From contig OZ024742.1 of the NCBI GenBank assembly GCA_964016885.1, forward strand, positions 176,080,001-176,144,000: DNA of 64,000 bases, written 5' to 3'. Made by a program: the position numbers and the translations under genes. The notes beneath the pieces are model-generated. The model was not told where the DNA came from. It did no database searches and was given only the letters and a program-made list of their open reading frames with translations. Origin of the DNA: Eledone cirrhosa. Lineage: Eukaryota. Shown here one piece after another: positions 1 to 11,645 of this stretch (positions are counted from its first letter, which is position 1; every line of letters begins with the position of its first letter).

Positions 1-389
1 TTTGTTAAGGCAGAATTCTAGTAGAAGGAAAACTCTGATATAACACCTGCAACCCTGATGGTATCCAATGATGTTGACTTGTTCTTCTTTTTGGTAAATA
101 CCATCTAGGTTAACAGAGTGGGACTGGCTTTGTGCAGTGCCTTTGCTCACTATAAAAGCTTCACGGCACAGGCATTACTTTATATCTGGAGATCTCTCTG
201 CACTTGTCGTCACATGGTACCATGGGCCCAGCACTATGTGTCAATAATTGTCACAGGTGTAATGTTTGTCCCAGAGTTTTCAAGTCGCTGGCTGGACTAA
301 AAAGTCACACTCGTTCAGCGCATCCGTGGGGGTTCTCCAACATGGATATAAAGTAGTAGCGTACTAGAAAACGAGTTGGCAGCCACCAT
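1..389 (+). mobile_element. 3' part of ~600-bp non-coding interspersed repeat (family A, SINE-like), cut by window start
   Basis: Colinear high-identity match to 9010-9398 and to the reverse complement of 56817-57205; contains AGAAGGAAAACTCTGA motif; ends in (TATG)n. Confidence 0.85.
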
Positions 390-914
390 GTATGTATGTA
401 TCTAGTTCATTTGTATGTATCTAGTTCATTTGACAAATGAACTACTGAACATCTCAATGCGTCCGCCACCACTATAACGTCTACACTCACTCCCCACCAT
501 CACATTTACATTTACACATGTCATTACCCTATCTAGACAAAAGTCACCGACCTGTTGTCAAACTCTCTACTCTGTGTTTAATGTGTGTGTGTATATATAT
601 ATGTATGTATATGTGTGTATATACATCACTCAGTCAAACGACCAGATTTGAACCCCAATATCTACAACAACAACACCGGCACAAATGTTTACAGCAACAA
701 CAGCTTCAGAATGAATTGAAATGAACATTTACAACAACAACAACAGCAGCAGCATCAAACGATAAAACAAAAACAAAAATCAAACAACAAACAAACAAAA
801 AAACTAAAAATAACAAAACACACACACGCACACAACGCAACAACAACAACAACAACAACTGCCACCACCACCGCCGCCATCACTGGGCCTTAAGGAAACA
901 ACAACTTTAATAAT

Positions 915-1060
915 ACTTTTTCTGCTTGTCTCAGCACATTACTGGTACTCTCTTTTGTTGACTCCGTGGGGATGAAAGGCAAGGTTGACCTCGGCAGATT
1001 TGAGCTCAGAGCGTGGAGAGCGATAGCTCTATGCTGTAAATACTGAACTGTAACACGAAC
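915..1060 (-). mobile_element. Diverged tRNA-derived SINE fragment (same family as 19143-19330)
   Basis: ggatgaaaggcaaggttgacctcggcagatttgagctcaga is the reverse complement of the B-box/core seen at 19215-19265. Confidence 0.65.
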
Positions 1061-1131
1061 GGCTTCATCTATGCGAACTCTTGAAAGTCAACAGTTGACA
1101 TAATCTTGTAATCTTGTATCAGTAATGACGG

Positions 1132-1187
<56 letters not shown>

Positions 1188-1318
1188 GTGAGGTTTTTTT
1201 TACAAAATGAAAAGTAACCGAGGTGTCCTACACGAGTAAAAGTATAAAGAAAAAGAGATGAAATCGAAAATGCAACTGAAGTCTTATTTTAAAAAAAAAT
1301 ATATATATTTATTTGGTT

Positions 1319-1356
1319 CCTTTACCGGTTTCGCAGTTCTTCTGCTTTTCAAAAGG
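1319..1356 (-). ncRNA. Minimal type-I hammerhead ribozyme, U3-A8 variant (inverted copy)
   Basis: Exact reverse complement of 1490-1527. Confidence 0.65.
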
Positions 1357-1489
1357 TGAGTTGAGATGGAGGGTCTGTGGTTTTTCTCACATGGGCATAG
1401 TTCTTGAAGATAAGCAGATCAAAATGTGTTGATATAGCAAGAGTGCTTAGTTTATCCATGATGGAGGCAAATGGTAGCATCTCAACTCA

Positions 1490-1527
1490 CCTTTTGAAAA
1501 GCAGAAGAACTGCGAAACCGGTAAAGG
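1490..1527 (+). ncRNA. Minimal type-I hammerhead ribozyme, U3-A8 variant
   Basis: cctt-TTGAAAA-gcag(aagaa)ctgc-GAAA-ccgg-TA-aagg: 4-bp stem I, 4-bp stem II, palindromic ACCGGT stem III, GUA site. Confidence 0.65.
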
Positions 1528-1595
1528 AACCAAATAAATATATATTTTTTTTTAAAAATAAGACTTCAGTTGCATTTTCGATTTCATCTCTTTTT

Positions 1596-1659
<64 letters not shown>

Positions 1660-1825
1660 CTAAGTGAGTAGCGTGTGTGTGTGTGTTTGTATGTATGAGT
1701 GTTGGTATGTGCGCGCGTATGTATGTGTGCGCGTGTGTGTATGCGCATGTGTGTATGTTGTACGTATAAGTGTCAATAAGTGAGTTTTTTTGTTTTGTTT
1801 TTTGCGCGGGTACATAGAAATAATC

Positions 1826-2120
1826 GGGCTGGATGCCCGATCACGCAGTTAAACCACTGGAGGTCAAGAACCCCTAGCCCTTGTCAGGGTATTCTTCTAG
1901 GAGACGGCATCTCAAGAAACTGGGTCAACTCCGACATAAAACATGCGGCTCAGTAGTTCCCGATGATGTTGATCTTTTCTCCTTTTCGGGTTATAGCTAT
2001 TGTCGCTCAGAGAGTGGGATTGGCTCAGTGGCAGTCTTACCTCACTTTAAAAATATTCGTCACGCCCAGGCATTGCACAATTGCATTAATTAAAGTCAGC
2101 CCGTGTGGCCAATAAAGAAA
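1826..2120 (+). mobile_element. SINE-like fragment distantly related to family A
   Basis: Shares gatgttga..ttct..tttt..agagagtgggattggct..ctcact.taaaa..cacg..caggcattg core with 9070-9186; ends AATAAAGAAA. Confidence 0.55.
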
Positions 2121-2147
2121 TCATTAATTAATAATTATTAATAGTGT

Positions 2148-2970
2148 AGTCGACGAAAATCAACTAGCCAATCCCTTCGGAAGAACTTTCGGGCCAGGGG
2201 CTATGGACAACTTCCAGAAATCCCTGGCCTGGCAGTGCTACCGAGGAGCTTAGCCAGTTCGGGATAAACTCTACAGGCATTGAGGTGCCGTCAGCCGGGC
2301 ATGCCCAAGATGCGCGCAGGGCGACGAAACCGTCCTGCACGCACTCGTCCAGTGTCCGAGCATTGCTGACTTGAGGGTTTATGTCGAACACCTGCTGTCG
2401 TGTGTAGGACGGATCCAGCTATCAGCTGAGTCCATCGTGAGGATTGCACCGCCCTCTTCCTTTAGCCGGGAAGGGCAGGCAGTTTTTAATCTGTCTGGTG
2501 GCCATGGCGAAAGAGATAGTATGGTGGACATGTTTGAAAGGGCTGAAGACGAGCACTTACCTCTTCGGTGATGCCCTGATTAACTTTTTCAAATTTCGTT
2601 TGAAAAGGAAAATCAGGGTAGAGAGGGAAGTGACCTCTTCCCAGCGTTTTGTTGAAAGATGGGTGAGAGAGGCAAGAATGGCCCGAGAGAATGGGCTTAC
2701 TCTGAGTATGTGTCTGTAAATTAAAGTTGGAAAACTGGGAGAGGGCACTTGCCCTGGTGGTCAGGGTCACTGTGGATTTTCAATGGGCTTTCTCCACGAA
2801 TGTCCCTCGGAAGTCTCCCCTCTATTGGGGAATTGTTTCAGTGTTCTGTTATTACATCCACTGTTTCTTGTTTTTTACACGCAGAAATGCCCATTTGTAC
2901 CGTCATGTATTGTCCTGTACTGCCCTTAATGTCTACTTTATGTAAACCCTTGTGGTTAATAAAGAAAGCA
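2148..2970 (+). mobile_element. 5'-truncated L1/Tx1-clade LINE, ORF2 C-terminus plus 3' UTR
   Basis: Interrupted frame reads LAWQCYRG..PVRDKL..CPRCAQGDETVLHALVQC (zf-RVT CCHC), continuing AKEIVWW..FVERW to stop at 2719; AATAAA near 2958. Confidence 0.8.
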
Positions 2971-2997
2971 TTATTATTAATATTATTATTATTATTA

Positions 2998-4790
2998 CAG
3001 CTGCATTTATCTTGCTTTATGTTCATACGAGTTATCACCAAGTCACAACCAGTGACCTCAAGAGACAACAAGGTCCGCCATGTTCAAGAAAGAACATACA
3101 TACTCACACATGCATCTTTAGGTGTTTAGACTTGTGATGTACTTATATTGACAGAATCTTCCTTAGTATATGGGCAGTTTCCATTAGTACTATCTTTTGT
3201 ATTTCTCCTATACGTGGGTTTCCTGGGATTTGCGATAAGTAATCATTAGACCCCTTAGGTATAATTCCTAGAGCGCCTACAGCCACTGGTATTGTTTTAG
3301 TTCTCAATTTCCACATTTTTCCAATTTCTATCTCCAGGTCCTTATACTCGCTCAATTTTTCAAATGTTTTTATAGATAGATTCTTGTTTATTGGAACGGA
3401 CATATCAATTGGCAGGCATACCCCTTTTTAAAGTACTTCAGTATTATATCAGGTTTATTTGCATCTATGTTTCGGTGTTTGGATGCTAAAGTTCCACAAG
3501 ATTGAGATATGATCTTTTTCAAGTATGGGAGGTGGTTGATGCTCCCAACAATTCTTTTGATGGGGCAGGTCAAAATGCTTACACATTATCAAATGTATGT
3601 ATTGTGCAGCTCTGTCATGCCTGTTTAGGTATTCGGTTGGAGCTATAGGACTGCACATTGAAATTATATGGTCAATGGTCTCTGGTTGTTTTTTACATAC
3701 ACGGCATAATGGGCTGCATCCATTTTTTATTAAGTTGGCTTGGTAATTTTTGTTGGCAGACACTGATCTTGTGCTGATATAATCAGACCATCAGTCTCCG
3801 ATTTCAGTCCAGAGGATGCCAACCACTGATGGGTTAAAGTTTTGTCAACATCAGGATTGTTAGCTCGTTATGGGTATTTTCCATATAGAGGCTTTTCTTG
3901 CCATTTCTTAGCCAGTTTCTGTAGCAGTTCTTTCTTTGCAGTTACTTTTACCTGCTTTGCTTTTTCTGTGTTTTCCATTTCAGCAGTAAATGGGACTTCT
4001 GAAATGTGTAGTCCATTACTGTATCTTTGTGCATCTTTTGTAATGGAGTATGATCTTTTGATGCTTTCGTGTTTCAAAACGAGTTTGATCATCCAACCAT
4101 GTGATTCCCTTAGATATGTATATAATCCAATTGTTGCAGTTTTCAACGCAATATCTAACTGGATTAACCCACGTCCTCCTTCTTTCCTAGGGAGATATAT
4201 TCTATCTGTATCTGCCTTAGGGTGATGCATTCTGTGCATGGTTAAGAATTTTCTAATTTTTGTATCGAGCCTACGGATCTCTGTGCTTGACCAGTTGATG
4301 ACATTGTAACTGCAGGTTACTACTGGTATGGCAAGCGTGTTTATGGCATCGATCCTATTCCTTGCATTCAATTCCGTTCTTAAGATTGCTCTTACTCTGC
4401 GGTAACATTCCTTCCTTATCCTTTCCCTCATTGTCGAGTGCTTGATTCCGTCTCCTTCACAAACACCTAGATATTTGTAAGTTTCCTCTTGATCAAGTTC
4501 TCTTATCACATTCCCCCGATCAAGATTAATGTCTGAACTTTTCAGCAGCTTTCCTCTGGTGAACGTTGCTTTGGCGCATTTATCTAGTCCAAACTCCATT
4601 TTAATGTCATCACTGAACTGCGCCACAGTGGATAATAACCCTTGCAATTGTTCATCATTTTTTACAAATAGTTTCAGGTCATCCATGTAGAACAAGTGAT
4701 TAATGGTTTTATCATAGACTTTATATCCATGTTTTGTTTCATTGAGCATTTTACTTAATGGTATAAGTGCGATGCAGAATAAAAGCGGTG
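2998..4790 (-). mobile_element. 5'-truncated Dong/R4-clade LINE (RT plus restriction-like endonuclease), pseudogenised
   Basis: ORF 3868-4749 HLFYMDDLKLF, YKYLG, GGRGL; ORF 3455-3763 CRVC..ETIDHIISMC..YLNRHD; NKPDII and EK..Y.DL RLE motifs; flanked both sides by (TTA)n. Confidence 0.92.
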
Positions 4791-4939
4791 TATTATTATT
4801 ATTATTGTTGTTACTATTATTATTACTTTTTTTTTTTCCCCCAATTCAATGATGTTCCAGAACAATATAAAAGAGATAATTGGCAATTTAGGTTCTGGAA
4901 CAATAAAGATAATTGGTAATAAGGGCAGTTTATCACAGC

Positions 4940-7900
4940 CTGGGTCCGCTCGTCATCGTGCCATTGTAATAGAGCCAAAATAAGGCATTTAGTCATGGCT
5001 GCTGGAACGTATGGACGCTGCTTGACAGGGATTCCTTGGAGCGTCCTGAACGAAGGACCGCTCTTGTTGCAAAGGAGCTTCGACGTTACGATATTGACAT
5101 CGTGGCTTTATCTGAAACGAGGTTAGCTGGAGATGGTGATCTTACAGAATTGTGTGGAGAATATACATTCTTCTGGAAAAGAAGATGTGAAGGAACCAGA
5201 CGAGAGGCTGGGGTAGCATTTGTTGTTAAGACTGTTCTTGTGAATAAATTAGAAGAATTCCCAGTAGGGATTAGTGAGCGTCTTATGTCCATGAGAATTC
5301 CGCTGGGCAAAGGAAGATATGCGACCCTGGTGAGTGTGTATGCTCCAATTATGAATTCTGTCGATGAATAAAAAGTGTCCTTTTACCATGCCTTGAAAGG
5401 TGTTTTAAGAAATATCCCTCAGGCAGACAAAGTCATCGTACTTGGTGACTTTAATGCTAGAGTGGGTAGGGATTTTAACACATGGAATGTAATCGGAAGG
5501 CATGGGGTGGGAAAGTGTAACAACAATGGTATGCTCCTACTGCAGATGTGTGAGAAGCTGGATCTGTGTGCTACCAACACCATGTTCCAACAAAAGAACA
5601 AATTCAAGACCACATGGATGCATCCTGCATCTAAGGAATGGCATCTTTTGGACTACGTCCTAGTCAGGATGCGTGACAGACAGGATGTGCAGTGTGTTCG
5701 TGCTCTTCGTGGAGCTGAGTGCTGGACGGACCACCGCCTGGTACGCGCAAAAGTGAAACTAATCACTAAACTTAAAATCCGGGCTCCTGGTGTTGCCCTG
5801 CCCAAAAGATTGAATGCTGCTCGTCTTAAGGATAAACATGTGAAGAGGACATTGCAAGAAGAGATGCAGGTTGCAGATCTTGGTGATAATTGTCCGACCC
5901 TTAAAAAGTCGGTTTATGATGTAGGCAGGCGTGTTCTGGGATTGGTGCAGAGAAAACATCAGGACTGGTTTAATGATAATGATGTACATATAGAAGACTT
6001 GTTGGCTGATAAGAGGCGTGCTCTGTCACACTACTTGACGGCAAAACCACAGGAGAGGAATACGTTGCATGAGGAACTCAAGGATGTAAAATCACGTGTT
6101 AGGTGGAGTCTTTCTCAGATGAAGGATCAGTGGTGGAGTGAGAAGGCTGATGAGATACAAACTGCGTCAGATTCCAATAACACAAAACTGTTGTACAGTT
6201 CCTTGTGTCAAGTTTATGGACCGTTTTTTATCTGGTGACACCGCTTCGCAGCAAGGATGGCAAATAACTTCTTCGTGACTCACAAGGAATTCTACGAAGG
6301 TGGCGAGAGCACTTTGATGATCGTTTGAATCAGCCGTCTGTCGTCAATGAAGATTTCGGCAATCTAATTCCAGAAAGTCCTGTGAAAGTAGCTCTCGCAG
6401 AACCACCGACGCTTGTGGAGGTTGCAGTGGCTATCTCGAAGCTGAACAGTGGAAGGTCTCCAGGTATAGAGGGCATACATGCTGAGCTCCTACAATATGG
6501 TGGTGAGGGACTCCTGCAACATCTTCACTCTTTGTTTGGCAGGATATGGGCTAATGAATCCGTACCTGAGGACTGGAGAGATGCAGTAATGGTGGTCTTG
6601 TACAAGGGAAAGGGTAACAGGAATGATTGTGGGAACTACAGAGCTATATCGTTGCTTTCTGTCGTAGGGAAAGTTTTATGTAGGGTGCTTCTGGACCGTC
6701 TGCTGACACACATTGCATATTGTGTTCTTCCTGAAAGTCGATCTGGTTTTCGTGTTGGACCCGGCACTACTGATATGATCTTCTCAGCTAGACAGCTCCA
6801 GGAGAAGTGCATGGAACAATGTTTAGATCTGTATCAGGTTTTTGTCGATCTGACAAAAGCTTTCGATACTGTTAACAGAAATGCATTATGGAAGGTTCTC
6901 CAGAACTTGGTTGCACTGATAAGCTCCTTGCTTTAGTTAGGTCTTTCCATGACGACATGAAGGCTTTGGTTAATGTTGGAGGTAACATGTCGGAACCTAT
7001 CTGAGTAAAAAATGGAGTGAAACAGGGGGATATTCCAGCACCGACCCTGTTTGCTATATACTTTGCAATGGTGTTCTGTATTGCATTCAAGAATTGCGAA
7101 CATGGTGTTTACATCCGATATCGAACATCAGGTAGCATATTTAACATCAGGTGCTTTGCTGCAAAGACAAAAGTATTTACACCAATCGTAAGAGACCTCT
7201 TATATGCAGAATATTGCGATCTGGTAGCGCACACAGAGAGTGATATGCAGCACATTTTGAATGCATTTTCTGACGCTTGCACTGCCCTAGGATTGACTAT
7301 CAGTCTCAAGAAAACCGTCGTCATGTACCAACCTGCCCTGGTAAGCAGTAAAGTGAACCAAATAGCTATGTGTATGTTAAACGACTTGAACTGGTTGATC
7401 AGTTTGTCTACCTGGGAAGCACTGTCAATCGATACAGCAACCTTGATAGTGAAATCTCACTTAGGATTAGGAAAGTAAGTGATGCTTTCGGAAAGCTAGA
7501 AAGGCGACTCTGGGGTCGGCGAGACATATGCAAGAAGACAATGGTAAATATGTACAAGGCATGTGTGCTCTCTTCTCTTCTTTATGCCTGCGAGACCTGG
7601 GTCACATATCGACACCACCTTAAGCAATTGTAGCGTTTCCATCAGATGTCTCTCTGACGGATCCATGGCGTTCACTGGAGGGATAACATCAGTGATGTCG
7701 AGATTTTGGAAAGCTCTATGTGTGACAGTATAGAAGCTCTTGTGCTTAAGCAACGACTCAGTTGGATTGGTCACCTTGCCAGGATGAAGAATTCTAGAAT
7801 ACCAAAACAACTCTTTTATAGAGAGTTAGTTAAAGGAAAACGACCGCCACATAAACCAAAAAAGAGGTATAAGAATTCCTTGAAAGCCTCTTTGAAAGAC

Positions 7901-8370
7901 GCTAACATCTCTGCTGATACATGGGAAAATATTACTGCTGATCGTAATACATGGAGAAAGACTGTATATGAGGGAAAAGTTGCCGTTGAGGCATCTCGAA
8001 TCGCATACGAGAAAGTAAAGGGCATTGCTGTTGTCTTCCAGACGGCGAGGGTCCTCCTATGGTGCTAACATGCAGCGTCTGTGCGAGACTCTGCCTAAGC
8101 AAAGCTGGACTCGAAAGTTATCTTCGCAGTCATAAAGTAAGACCAGTGGTTGACTACCAGGCTGATGTTGGAGGTGCTACTCATCATGCTTGCCAAGCAT
8201 GTGGTAAAGAATGTAAATCAGCAGGAGGGATCAAACGACATGTAAAAGTACCGAAACTCCAACCACAGCCGGCTATTCCCAGTGAATATCTTGGTTGCCG
8301 ATTCTGTGCAAAAGATTTTAGATCATTGGCTGGGCTAAAAAGACACATTCGATCGCAGCGCTGTTAGTTT
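4940..8370 (+). mobile_element. Near full-length RTE-clade LINE (APE endonuclease, RT, C-terminal C2H2 fingers) with stops and frameshifts
   Basis: RPERRTALVAKEL..ALSETR, VYAP, GDFNARVG, LDYVLV, TDHRLV; RT NYRAISLLS, FVDLTKAFDTV, KQGD..APTLF, LLYAE; three CxxC..GL..H..(H) units at 8059-8367. Confidence 0.93.
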
Positions 8371-8517
8371 CTATCGTGTGTGTGTGTGTATAGATATGTT
8401 TATGTGCGTGCGTGTGTGTGTATATATATATATATGTATATTCTTATTGTTGTTGTTGTCGTTATTATTATTGTTGTTATTATTATTATTATTATTATTT
8501 TTATTAATATATATCTA

Positions 8518-8596
<79 letters not shown>

Positions 8597-8733
8597 TTTT
8601 TTCTAGTGCAATGGCCATACTCGATAACGGGGGGGAGGGGGTCAGCCATCATGTATGTAAGTATGAATGTATATATATCTGTATGTATGTATATATATCT
8701 ATTTGTATGTATGTGTGTATGTATGTATGTATA

Positions 8734-8766
<33 letters not shown>

Positions 8767-8802
8767 ATATATCTATTTGTATGTATGTATATATATCTGT
8801 GT

Positions 8803-9398
8803 ATTGGTGCTACTGGTAACATGTATCCCAGTACAACCTGTCTCATGGTCGGGTCGTTGGCGACTAAACTGGCTACCCCACCAAGGTTTCTTGGTGAGGA
8901 GGGTGACTTTGGACATCCTGCAGGACTAAAAACAAAACCTGACAAAGGGCAAGGGAGCTCTTAAGAGTCAATAGCCATCCAAAATCACCGGGAGAGATGA
9001 CCCCTTAGCTTTGTCAAGGCAGAATTCTAGGAGAAGGAAAACTCTGATATAACACCTGCAACCCTGATGGTATCCAATGATGTTGACTTGTTCTTCTTTT
9101 TGGTAAATATCATCTTGGTTAAGAGAGTGGGACTGGCTTTGTGTAGTGCCTTTGCTCACTATAAAAGCTTCACAGCACAGGCATTGCTTTATATCTGGAG
9201 ATCTCTCTGCACATGTCATCACATGGTATCATGGGCCCTGCACTATGTGTCAATAATGGTCACAAGTGTAGTCTTTGTACCAGAGTTTTCAAGTTGCTAG
9301 CTGGACTAAAAAGTCACATTCGTTCAGCGCATCGGTAGGGGTTCTCCTACATGGATATAAAGTAGTGGCCGTACTCGAAAACGAGTTGGCAGCCACCA
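8803..9398 (+). mobile_element. Full copy of family A repeat (~600 bp)
   Basis: Matches 1-389 and the reverse complement of 56817-57413 end to end; embedded in TA/TG microsatellite. Confidence 0.85.
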
Positions 9399-9559
9399 TA
9401 TATATATGTATGTATGTATGTATATATATATATGTATATATATATGTATGTGTATGTATGTATGTATGTATTTATATATGTACATATATATGTATGTGTG
9501 TGTATGTATGTATGTATATATATATATATGTACATATATATGTATGTATATATATATAT

Positions 9560-9896
9560 GGAATCACAAGGTTTAGAGGTTAGAGCATTGGGCTTGCAAT
9601 CGAAAGGTTGTGAGTTCAATTCTCAGACCGGGTGATGTGTTGTTTCCTTGAGCAAGACACTTTATTTCACATTGCTCCAGTTTACTCAGCTGTAGAAATG
9701 AGATGATAGGACTGGGGTCCCTATCATTCCACTGCAAAGTGGTCATGGAGGTGCCACGGCTAAAAAGCACCCAGCCCACACTGTAAATGAGGTTGATGTT
9801 GGGAAGGTCATGAAGCTGTAGAAATCAAGCCAGAATCAGTTCCCGTCCCACCCTTGCAAGCAGGGAAAACGGACGTATGATGATGATGATGATGAT

Positions 9897-9897
<1 letters not shown>
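9560..9897 (+). mobile_element. tRNA-derived SINE with RTE-type 3' tail ending (GAT)n
   Basis: A-box-like GGTTTAGAGG, B-box GAGTTCAATTC, core CCTTGAGCAAGACACTTTA; homologous to 26080-26410 and 33235-33561(-). Confidence 0.85.
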
Positions 9898-9944
<47 letters not shown>

Positions 9945-10009
9945 ATATAGATGTATGTGTATGTATATATTTATATGTATGTGTCTATGTAAATACATAC
10001 ATATATATA

Positions 10010-10067
<58 letters not shown>

Positions 10068-10070
<3 letters not shown>

Positions 10071-10200
10071 CGAAGGAAATGTGGTAAGGAACCAGGTGGA
10101 CCATAACGCACCAAAGTACTCAATACTTGGGGCAGTAGAGTGGGTAATAGGAACCAGTAAGACCCCAATTGTACCCCATTGGGGTCTTACTGGTTCCTAT
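10068..10200. mobile_element. Short TA-inserted repeat (family B) ending in a fold-back hairpin
   Basis: Matches 54230-54328 and reverse complements of 11560-11640 and 29370-29472; hairpin ataggaaccagtaagaccccaa..ttggggtcttactggttcctat at 10147-10200. Confidence 0.75.
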
Positions 10201-10224
10201 ATATATATATATATAAACGGAAAA

Positions 10225-10400
10225 AATGAAACGAAATTTCATTTCCCACTCTTAGTACGGCTGTTACTTAAATATAAGTATGTACGCGTACATTCATATA
10301 TGTATACAGACGTACAGTAGTATGTATATATATATACATACATGCACACATATATATATATATGTACGTATGGATTCACCGAACATTTATTATAATCCTC
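10225..10400. mobile_element. Diverged fragment of the ~500-bp HHR-bearing unit at 33861-35702
   Basis: aatgaaacgaaatttcatttcccactcttagtacgg..ttacttaaat..tatacagacgtacagtag matches 34394-34495. Confidence 0.75.
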
Positions 10401-10795
10401 GGTGTGTTTTGGGTAGTAGATATATATATATATCGGTAGTATATATATATAGGTAGTATATATATATATATATATATAGGTATTATATATATATAAACAC
10501 TATAAACACACATTACACATACTAGGTATATATATACAATTGTCACTCAGATGAATGATAACATTTCAAAGTGTATCAAATGATGATTCTGTTGAAATGA
10601 ATTTTTTTCAAGTACCGATGTTCATCTACAAATGTACACATGGTGAGATTAAGAAAATAATGCATGTACTTAATTTTTTCTTTTAATATATATCCTGTTT
10701 ATTTACATATTTGAAAACAAAATAACACCATGAAGAGTATTTAGCGAACATCTTATCTGTATTTATATTTTGTTATATATATATATTTATATATA

Positions 10796-10866
<71 letters not shown>

Positions 10867-11004
10867 ATTTTTTTTTATATATATATATTTTTTTTATATA
10901 TATATATATTTTTTATATATATATATTTTTTATATATATATTTATATTTTATATATATATATATATATTTTTTATATATACATATTTATATATATATATA
11001 TTTT

Positions 11005-11038
<34 letters not shown>

Positions 11039-11440
11039 CAGAACAAATGCTATTCTATTGTTATTCATCACTGTCAAATATTTATTTGTGCCTCAACCTT
11101 TAACACTAAGAAGAGGCAGTGGAGAAGTTCTCAAAGTGCATTTGATTGAGGAATAATAACAATGCTCTCCATATGGCTTCAATACCCTACAGACAACAAT
11201 TTTCCCATATCTAAATATTTAAAGAGCATCAGCAGGAGGGCATATTTTGAGTATAAGTAGTTAAGGACAAAAACACTTACAAGAGAGAAGCTTCATATCT
11301 GAAGACGTTTTGCTCTTCAGCTTTTCCAAGAATTTTGTACTGCCTGCTTCATATTCAATATAGAAAATTACACTGTTCATGGAAGGAGTAAATAATACAT
11401 AGTCTCTTCACCAAATCTATGTTTTTAATTATATATATAT

Positions 11441-11645
11441 AGGGAAAGAGTCAGGACCCGACAGCTGAGCTCCTGCCGTTTTGACAGCTAGATCCGTTTT
11501 TTTAGTTCGGATCTAGCTGTTGAAATGGCCAGAGCTCAGCCATCAGGACCCTGGCTCTTTTAATATTACCCATTCTACTAACCTAAGTATCCGGTACTCT
11601 GATGCATTATGGTCTACCTGGTATCTTACCAAACCTTCTTTTTTT
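11441..11645. mobile_element. Family B copy with ~110-bp fold-back
   Basis: Imperfect palindrome 11446-11558 centred near 11500, followed by sequence homologous to 29390-29470. Confidence 0.65.

Larger units (their letters stand above)
1181..1600. mobile_element. Fold-back pLTR/retrozyme-like insertion in (TA)n with two hammerhead motifs
   Basis: ~120-bp near-perfect inverted repeat (about 1245-1368 vs 1478-1600) bounded by (TA)n on both sides; each arm carries the HHR motif. Confidence 0.75.

Noticed and set aside
118-300. Similar short ORFs in the three family A copies
   Set aside because: Similarity comes from repeat identity; stops differ between copies and no domain is recognisable.
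8803-8880. HDV-like ribozyme at the 5' end of family A
   Set aside because: P2-, P3-, P4- and C-UAA-like pieces can be drawn, but there is no room for the P1 3' strand, so the nested pseudoknot does not close.
8378-8964. Long ORFs rich in YI/CV/HT repeats (also near 10770, 24759, 33509-33905, 39459, 51897, 63718)
   Set aside because: Translations of (TA)n, (TG)n and (TTA)n microsatellites, which lack stop codons; not genes.
9560-9635. tRNA gene calls at SINE heads (also 26080, 33490)
   Set aside because: They continue into the SINE core and tail and lack a proper acceptor stem; annotated as SINEs.
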